Source: Orbicella franksi (Eukaryota). Taken from it: DNA of 64,000 nucleotides. The stretch is taken from positions 14,570,001 through 14,634,000 of the forward strand of contig OZ116700.1 of NCBI GenBank assembly GCA_964199315.1, given 5' to 3'. The position numbers were made by a program, and so were the translations under genes. How positions within the stretch are numbered: the stretch's first letter is position 1; the number at the start of each line of letters is the position of its first letter. Shown one piece after another: positions 59,221 through 64,000 of the stretch. A model generated the notes under the pieces. That model ran no database searches and was not told where the DNA came from. It saw only the letters and a program-made list of their open reading frames with translations.

Positions 59221-62200
59221 AAATCTAATAATTGTTTTATTATACATTGAATGAAAAAAAATGGTCACAACAGTGAGTGGAACTGATAATTTATTTCTAC
59301 ACGTGTGAAAATATACAAATCAGCAGCACATAATTTGATTGACAAAAAATTCTAAGCATTAGACAACATGTGAAAAATTGAACAAAAGCTGGTTGAGAAA
59401 GTAGATAGCAATAAACAAGTCCAACCAAAGAAAACATTACAATTGTAACAAGCAAAATTTTTAGGAACTTGGGAGTGAGTTGTCTGAAAGTGTAAATCTC
59501 GCATAACATGCTCTTCCTCTTAGAGAGTTAAAAGGGGAGACAAATTGATATTAGTTGTTAGGCTTTCTAAACTCACAGAGTCTTCATTGGGAACAGAGTT
59601 GCTAGCGCTGGCAGCGGTTAATGTTTCTGACATTCTCCTTGGTGGTTTGATTGGTTTTGCTGTAGGCCCTGCTTGAACTTTCATTTCTGTGCCCACTGAC
59701 AGTCATTATGTGACAAGTTTCAAACCCTGTTACAAATACACAACTGTGGATGCACTCGAACAGAAGCCTGCAGTTCAGATCATCACACACTTCGGATCAC
59801 TCCTCAGTTCACAATGCTCTACTTTTTCAAGGATTTTGGTTTGTTCACGATTTGTTTGGTTTTGTTTTCCGCCTTACCACCATATACAACACTGCCACCA
59901 ATTGTGCCAAGAAGTCAAGTCCTCATGTATTCATCTTCTCAAGAAACTCGGAACTCCATGGCCAGCCGTTGTGAACTGCTCAACTCTGCCGTCATCGCCA
60001 GATCTCTGTCTTTCTCCTTCACAAACTGTGCCTGTGTCTCTGCTTCCATCTCCTATGTTGCCTATGTATTTGCCATCTATTTTCAGTCTGCCATCCCCAC
60101 ATCGTCATTCATCCTTCTCAACAATTCATCCAACTGCCTCAATGCATTCAAGTTCTACATCCGCTTCATCAAGTTCCACGTCTGCTACTTCATTGCACTC
60201 AACAGTTAAACTGCAGATCAAGGCTCTGAGACTTACTTTTCCAAACAATGACAGTGGAAAATCCTAGATTAAATCCATGTTAAAAATGATTTTGAACTAA
60301 AAACTGACTTAGAAGCTCTTCACTCCCAAATGGCATAGCAGCAATTTGTTCAGTTGAACTATAAATAACCAATACCACTCTAGCGCTTCTTGCTACCCTC
60401 AGCTACACATGCTTCAAGACAATTATACAAATTAGTGGCAAGAATCTACTTTGCTAACTTAAACAAATTAATAACTGCACAGGTAACAACGAAAATATGT
60501 GAGAACCTTGTTCGGCAAGTTTTTGTCCTGCTGCACTGTTGGGACATGTGTTAGGGAAAAAAATGATTTCGGTCACTTAAATTTTACATTTTACTATGTC
60601 TTAGAAAAAGAACATTTGTATCGTTTCACTTTCTCTCACGAACTGTCTGCTAAACACAACGTCTGAAGTTTGCCATTAGAAAAAGAAAACAAACAACAAT
60701 AACCAACATTGTGTCACTCATGTCCACTTCATGCTTGCCTGTTGGTCAACCTGTGATAAGAATGCACTGGCCTGACCAATCATTTCAATAGTCCCGGACT
60801 ATGGGACAGCCTTTTTGACATGCCCTGACTTTTGGTTGAGCTATGGTTGCTTCGAGATGACTCAGATAGAACATGTTTCCACATAATTTAAATGAAAAAA
60901 CTGTTGTCTACATTCTAGCTGTAAGACATCTGATACTCACCATCTCTGCCGAACAACCTGAAATTTCAAGGAGTAACATTAGTACTTGATGTGCTACCTT
61001 CAACTTAAAACTAATAATGCAGGATTCAAACAGTTTTACCCAACGTGTTATCCGACGCCAGGGACTTTTTAAGGTGCAGGCCAACTCCTGTAAATGGTTT
61101 TTGACCATCTCATCAGCTATTTCGTCCTAAGTCACGACGTAAAAATTACGAGAACTTAAAAAAATGTCTTAAAAAAGACAGATTTTCTAATTTTGTCTCT
61201 CACCGTTAAGGTTGTGGACGAAGCCGCCACTTCACACTGTACAGAAAGAAACCACATGAAAGTCCAGATCCCACCGAAGAGCTCAGATTTCCTAATTAAT
61301 GCAATAACAATTGCCTTGACACCACTATCCTCTGTCAAAAGAGTAACCAAGGCAGATTTTGATGTCCTGTAAACTTTTACAGTTCATTACCTCGTTCCGC
61401 CACACATTCGATCTATACTGCATGGAAAGCTGACCATTAACTGTTACTGTCACTAAAATAACAATAACTTATGAAAAGTCAGAAGGTTGTAAAACTCACT
61501 TTTCCTCATGTATGTCTGTTTCAGTTCATTCCTTTTTAAAACGGCGGCCATGGTCAAGAAACTTGTCACGTACACTTGTCAGGTAGTTTTCTGCTTTCAT
61601 TTGATACCGGACAACCTGCGAGTTCGTAACGAAAACTGACTCTTGGTATTGAGTATCAAACTCGTGTGATCTTATTACAGTGGAACCTGTCAGTGTATTT
61701 TCCATAAACTCAAGCCTTAAACGGAAAGCTGCATAGCTTATCCATGTTTCATCTTACTCTGCTTGCTACTTCTGGAATGCTTTTGGACACTCCGTGCAAG
61801 GAGTTCAGCTAGTGATGTCATTTACAGCAAATCCGGAGATGGTTCACTCTTCAGGGGAGGGGTGCAAAACGCGTCATTTAAAAAAAATAGATAAGAGAAC
61901 CATTCAAAGAAAATCAGTTCAAGACAGCGATTGCAAAGTCCTAGTCTTACTTTTAAACCAAACAATTGTTTTCTTAAATTCTATGCTCCAGAAGGTCCAA
62001 GGTTCGATTCCAGGTGAGGCACCTTTTTTACTGTTTTTATTTTAGATGGCTCTGTTCAGTGACACGGCAAGATTTATTGTTTTTGTTTTTTTTTCAGTCT
62101 TTTTTGCTCAATATCTCGTGTTTTCTAGTTGAAAAGTCATCTTATTGATTTAGCTTTCAAAGTTTTCTACTCAGCTTACTTAAATAGACCAAGACAAGAA

Positions 62201-63717
62201 ATGCTAAGCTATCTTCACGCACTGTCTCCTGTTTCATGGATAATTCAATGATAGTATTTACGCATTTCTGATTCCAAATTCTGGCTTTCATATTTTTGAG
62301 TTCCCCTTTCGAACCTAATTTGCACTCCCTTATATAAATATGTACATACTCATAGGGCATTAGGGAACAATGGTAACTAAACCAAGTTTACGAAGAAGTT
62401 AAACGTTTGTAAGGATATATGTGTTTGGGTATGCGATTTACTTGAGATCAAACACATATTTTTTTTATTCTTGCATATTCTATTTTCCATAGACCATAGT
62501 GTATAAGGCATTGGTATTAGCTTTTTCATATCACATCTGGTTCGTGTAAAATTCTTGTTTTACCAATTTTCAATTTTTTTGTTTATCGTTTCCATGGAAA
62601 TATCGATTGCCTTAAGAAATACATAATACAATACTTCAATCCATTTCCACTTACTGGTGTAATTTTCATACCAATCCGATTTAGGAAAGACTGTTAAAAA
62701 GCTGATTGAAAATGCTTGGTATGGTCCAGAAAAAACTGTATCGAGATACCTTAAGAAAGGAAGGTAGTTTTTGTGTTAGTTTGTTAAAAGATATTGATTG
62801 TTAATATTGTAGGAAATCAAAAGACCTTGCGCAAAAATTCATTCTTGATTTACTTTGAAGCACGCCTACTGATTGTTTTAAAATTTTGTCTACAATTCAT
62901 CCATTATGGTTTGACATATTAAAAAATAAATATCAAATGTCAATCTAGATTTTGAGAAAATCGGGCTTGTTTGAAAATGAAAGAATACGATAATCATTGT
63001 TATGATAACCTCTATTGCTAAGAAACCAGTAAAAAACTAAACTATGGTCACATATGATCATTATGGTGAAGTTTTGGAAAAATCGAAGATTGGCTTCATA
63101 GTGAATTTGTAATTTCGAAATCACCACCCAGTAGCTAAAAAGCTACACCGAGCCTCCTTAAGTCAGTTTATAGACTTTCTATGGGAATTTCACTACAGTT
63201 GCCACAATGCTAAATCATACAGCCATGAATGTGGAAATGAACCTCATTTACCTCAATGTGGCATTGTTTTTCTGTCTTCTGTGCAATCCAGCATTTTAGG
63301 CAAGTTTTTGATTCAATCATTTTTCCGTGTAGATTCCTATAAGAACGAAGCAAAAGGCAGGAGACTTGACCAGTTTATCGTCCAGAGGTGAGCCTGCAAA
63401 TCAGTTTTGCATCACAAAGAAGTGCAACACGTTTTAAAATCAGTTTCCATTTTACAATGTTGTGACAAAATTTGCAAAGCAGAAGAAAAAACTATTTAGC
63501 CTTAAAAAACCTTCCTCTTTTAAGTTTTCCTTGCAAAAAGATGACTTCAGTAAACGGCCAAACTAAAAAGGCTTGCTTGGAGATATGAAATTTCTCGAAG
63601 ATGAAACCTACTAAACAGCCTCTCAAGAAACTTTTATAGCAAAAAATCATATTTTGTATAGGTAATCGTGTTTTTTCTCGTTCAATTTGGAATTAATTTG
63701 CACTTGTGAGTTTTCCG

Positions 63718-63766
63718 AAAAGCTGAAATTGCACTCACTGCTTTGGCAAGTGCAATTTCAGCTTTT
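63718..63766. repeat. Perfect 18-bp inverted repeat within a common interspersed repeat
   Basis: AAAAGCTGAAATTGCACT (63718-63735) / AGTGCAATTTCAGCTTTT (63749-63766). Confidence 0.85.
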
Positions 63767-64000
63767 TTAAAAATTAATTCCAGATTGAATAAGAAAAGCC
63801 ATATGATTACATTAATAAACATGAAAAAATTTGTGTGGAGGAAGTGCCGGAAGATTTTCCTTGAAGCTATTTTTTCACATATGAGAAAACTAATTTTTTT
63901 GAAAGTTTCCACACAATATTCTCGTCATCATTTTACGTGATATCATTGGCTTAGAAAATTTCCTTTTGTATTTCAACCAATCATAATCCAGAATTACGAT

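Noticed and set aside
59689-60267. 192-aa Ser-rich ORF as a real gene
   Set aside because: It is low-complexity and probably antisense to a stop-riddled acidic frame; there is no recognisable domain.
60880-61400. Protein-like minus-strand frames (GQKPFTGVGLHL; QDIKICLGYSFDRG)
   Set aside because: They contain multiple stops and match no family I recognise.
1-64000. Prokaryotic system (CRISPR-Cas, defence island, prophage), suggested by the YqaJ exonuclease, recombinase and RT domains
   Set aside because: Spliceosomal introns, LINEs with poly(A) and eukaryotic TIR elements are present throughout. Each of these domains sits in a known eukaryotic TE architecture, and there are no operons or cas genes.
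1-64000. flamenco-like uni-strand piRNA cluster, suggested by many minus-strand relics
   Set aside because: Counting nested elements, orientation is roughly balanced, and there are no small-RNA data to support it.

Overview
This is AT-rich animal genomic DNA, most likely from a stony coral (inferred from the repeat families, not proven). I find no convincing intact host gene. The window is a deeply nested transposable-element graveyard. Four insertion hierarchies can be rebuilt at base resolution from TIRs, target-site duplications (TSDs) and restored reading frames. (1) Penelope retroelement A is split by an ISL2EU/PHIS DNA transposon (7965-14861; ~76-bp TIRs, AT TSD, THAP-HTH-DDE transposase plus SWIM-YqaJ exonuclease), which itself contains Penelope B with a minimal hammerhead ribozyme. 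(2) A ~10-exon Sola-like (DUF7869-type) transposase gene (~23.7-35 kb) is interrupted by a Harbinger relic and by a Kolobok element (25939-29156, TTAA TSD). That Kolobok has an uninterrupted spliced 653-aa ORF and is the only candidate autonomous element here. (3) A 5'-truncated Tx1/L1-like LINE (36307-40858, 10-bp TSD) lies inside a decayed CxxC/CxxH-class transposase-like relic. (4) An intronless alpha-kinase pseudogene (54144-58699) is split by an L2 tail and by a LINE+Penelope composite insertion bounded by one 11-bp TSD, with a further TIR element inside it. Also present are a ~2.1-kb imperfect palindrome, DIRS/Ngaro and Crypton fragments, a conventional kinase pseudogene, a tRNA-derived repeat and several MITEs. 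Family names come from motif recognition by eye; no database search was run.
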